The translations under genes were made by a program, and so were the position numbers. Under the pieces are notes generated by a model that was not told where the DNA came from, did not search any database, and saw only the letters and a program-made list of their open reading frames with translations. Positions 62,746 through 64,000 of a stretch of DNA of 64,000 bases are shown here, piece after piece. Positions within the stretch are counted from its first letter, which is position 1. Each line of letters begins with the position of its first letter. Source of the DNA: Macrostomum lignano (lineage: Eukaryota); NCBI GenBank assembly GCA_002269645.1, contig NIVC01003052.1, positions 1 to 64,000 on the forward strand. The letters run 5' to 3'.

Positions 62746-63309
62746 TAAATTGCGTTTGTGAAGCATACGATAAGAATGCGAACTATAATATATATAGTTA
62801 TAATTAAGTGATAAAAACTTCAATTAGTATTGAGGCTGGAGTAAATTTTTTATCTTCCTAATATCATCCTGCCTTTTACAGGTCATCCATCATTAGCATC
62901 ATTAGGGCACGCAATCACTTTAGCCAAATGCCAAAAAAATGTTTCACGAACTTTAAGAAGCTAATCATTTTTTAGCCTGCTTAAAGTAAATGATTTGAAT
63001 AAATTTTCCGAGCCGTCAAAAGTGACGAGATGAACAGTAGCCAGTTGCTAACTGCATCTGTCGTTTTGTCGGATGGTTTAAGATTATGAATTTTATATTT
63101 CTCAGGCGTGTAAGTTTAATTAGCGCACGAGAGTTCGAGAGAGCAAAGCAGTCAGTTCAATTTTTAACATAAACGAATGGAATTTTACAGTCGTCTTAAT
63201 TTCAATTGTATAATAATAAAAAATCTGATTTGTTCTACTTAACAAAGTAGTGCCTTCGAAGTATTTCGTCACAATATATGTACACTGCCAATTACGCCTC
63301 TTATAGTCT

Positions 63310-63602
<293 letters not shown>

Positions 63603-63672
63603 ACATAATACTATAAGTAGTTAAGAGTCAATAAACCGAGACTTCTACTGTACACCACAAGCCAAGTGCTGC

Positions 63673-64000
63673 TCAGTCATCCTCATCAAACTGCCGCTCA
63701 GTGACGCGAGTGGACGTCAGCGACACACGAGACAGATTCACTGGAGCGTCATCATCCTGAGCAGCCGCCCCCTCCTCTTTCTCTTCGATTGCGACATCGT
63801 CCCGATCGTCGGCTTCTCCGGGCTCCGACGGCATAACCGGCACGCGGAGGACATTCACATTGCTGCCGCTGTCGATGTCAAGATTGTCCGCTTCCGCTTC
63901 TGCCTCCGCCTCTTTCGGCGTCGATGGTAACGGATTCGACGCCTGTCGCGGGTCTGGACGGTCGTCGATGGGTTCGGCATTGTACTCGGCTTGCTTGCCT
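63673..64000 (-). CDS. 3' end of an acidic, low-complexity protein (partial, continues beyond the window)
   Basis: Frame is open from the window edge: GKQAEYNAEPIDDRPDPRQASNPLPSTPKEAEAEAEADNLDIDSGSNVNVLRVPVMPSEPGEADDRDDVAIEEKEEGAAAQDDDAPVNLSRVSLTSTRVTERQFDEDD*; GC-rich, coding-like; family not recognised. Confidence 0.65.
   Translation of the reverse strand, partial: GKQAEYNAEPIDDRPDPRQASNPLPSTPKEAEAEAEADNLDIDSGSNVNVLRVPVMPSEPGEADDRDDVAIEEKEEGAAAQDDDAPVNLSRVSLTSTRVTERQFDEDD

Overview
Eukaryotic (invertebrate, probably flatworm/Macrostomum-like; inferred from gene style and repeat-filled introns, not proven) genomic window. It contains: (1) the end of a homogeneous 118-bp satellite (1-7232); (2) a complete 14-exon GABA-B-like class C GPCR on the minus strand (7593-21169, ~755 aa), with a small Tc1/IS630-type element in intron 10; (3) an ~18.2-kb Helentron/Helitron2-type rolling-circle transposon (~21910-40075) with perfect 13-bp subterminal inverted repeats, 5' and 3' hairpins, a 3-exon transposase (AT-hook-like, OTU, HMGN-like RRSxRL motifs, Zn finger, HUH Rep, PIF1 helicase; two 1-bp frameshifts) and an internal 6-kb minisatellite that starts at the transposase stop codon; (4) a complete 10-exon GH35 beta-galactosidase-like gene (41216-52735, ~707 aa) that keeps both catalytic glutamates but has most galactose-binding residues replaced, four by His, plus a MITE in intron 1; (5) a 3-exon class A peptide GPCR on the minus strand (56346-60765, ~475 aa) with YRY in place of DRY; (6) the 3' end of an acidic ORF at the window edge. 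Most long ORFs in the supplied track are artefacts of stop-free tandem repeats. All exon calls and alignments were made by eye, and comparisons to reference proteins are from memory.
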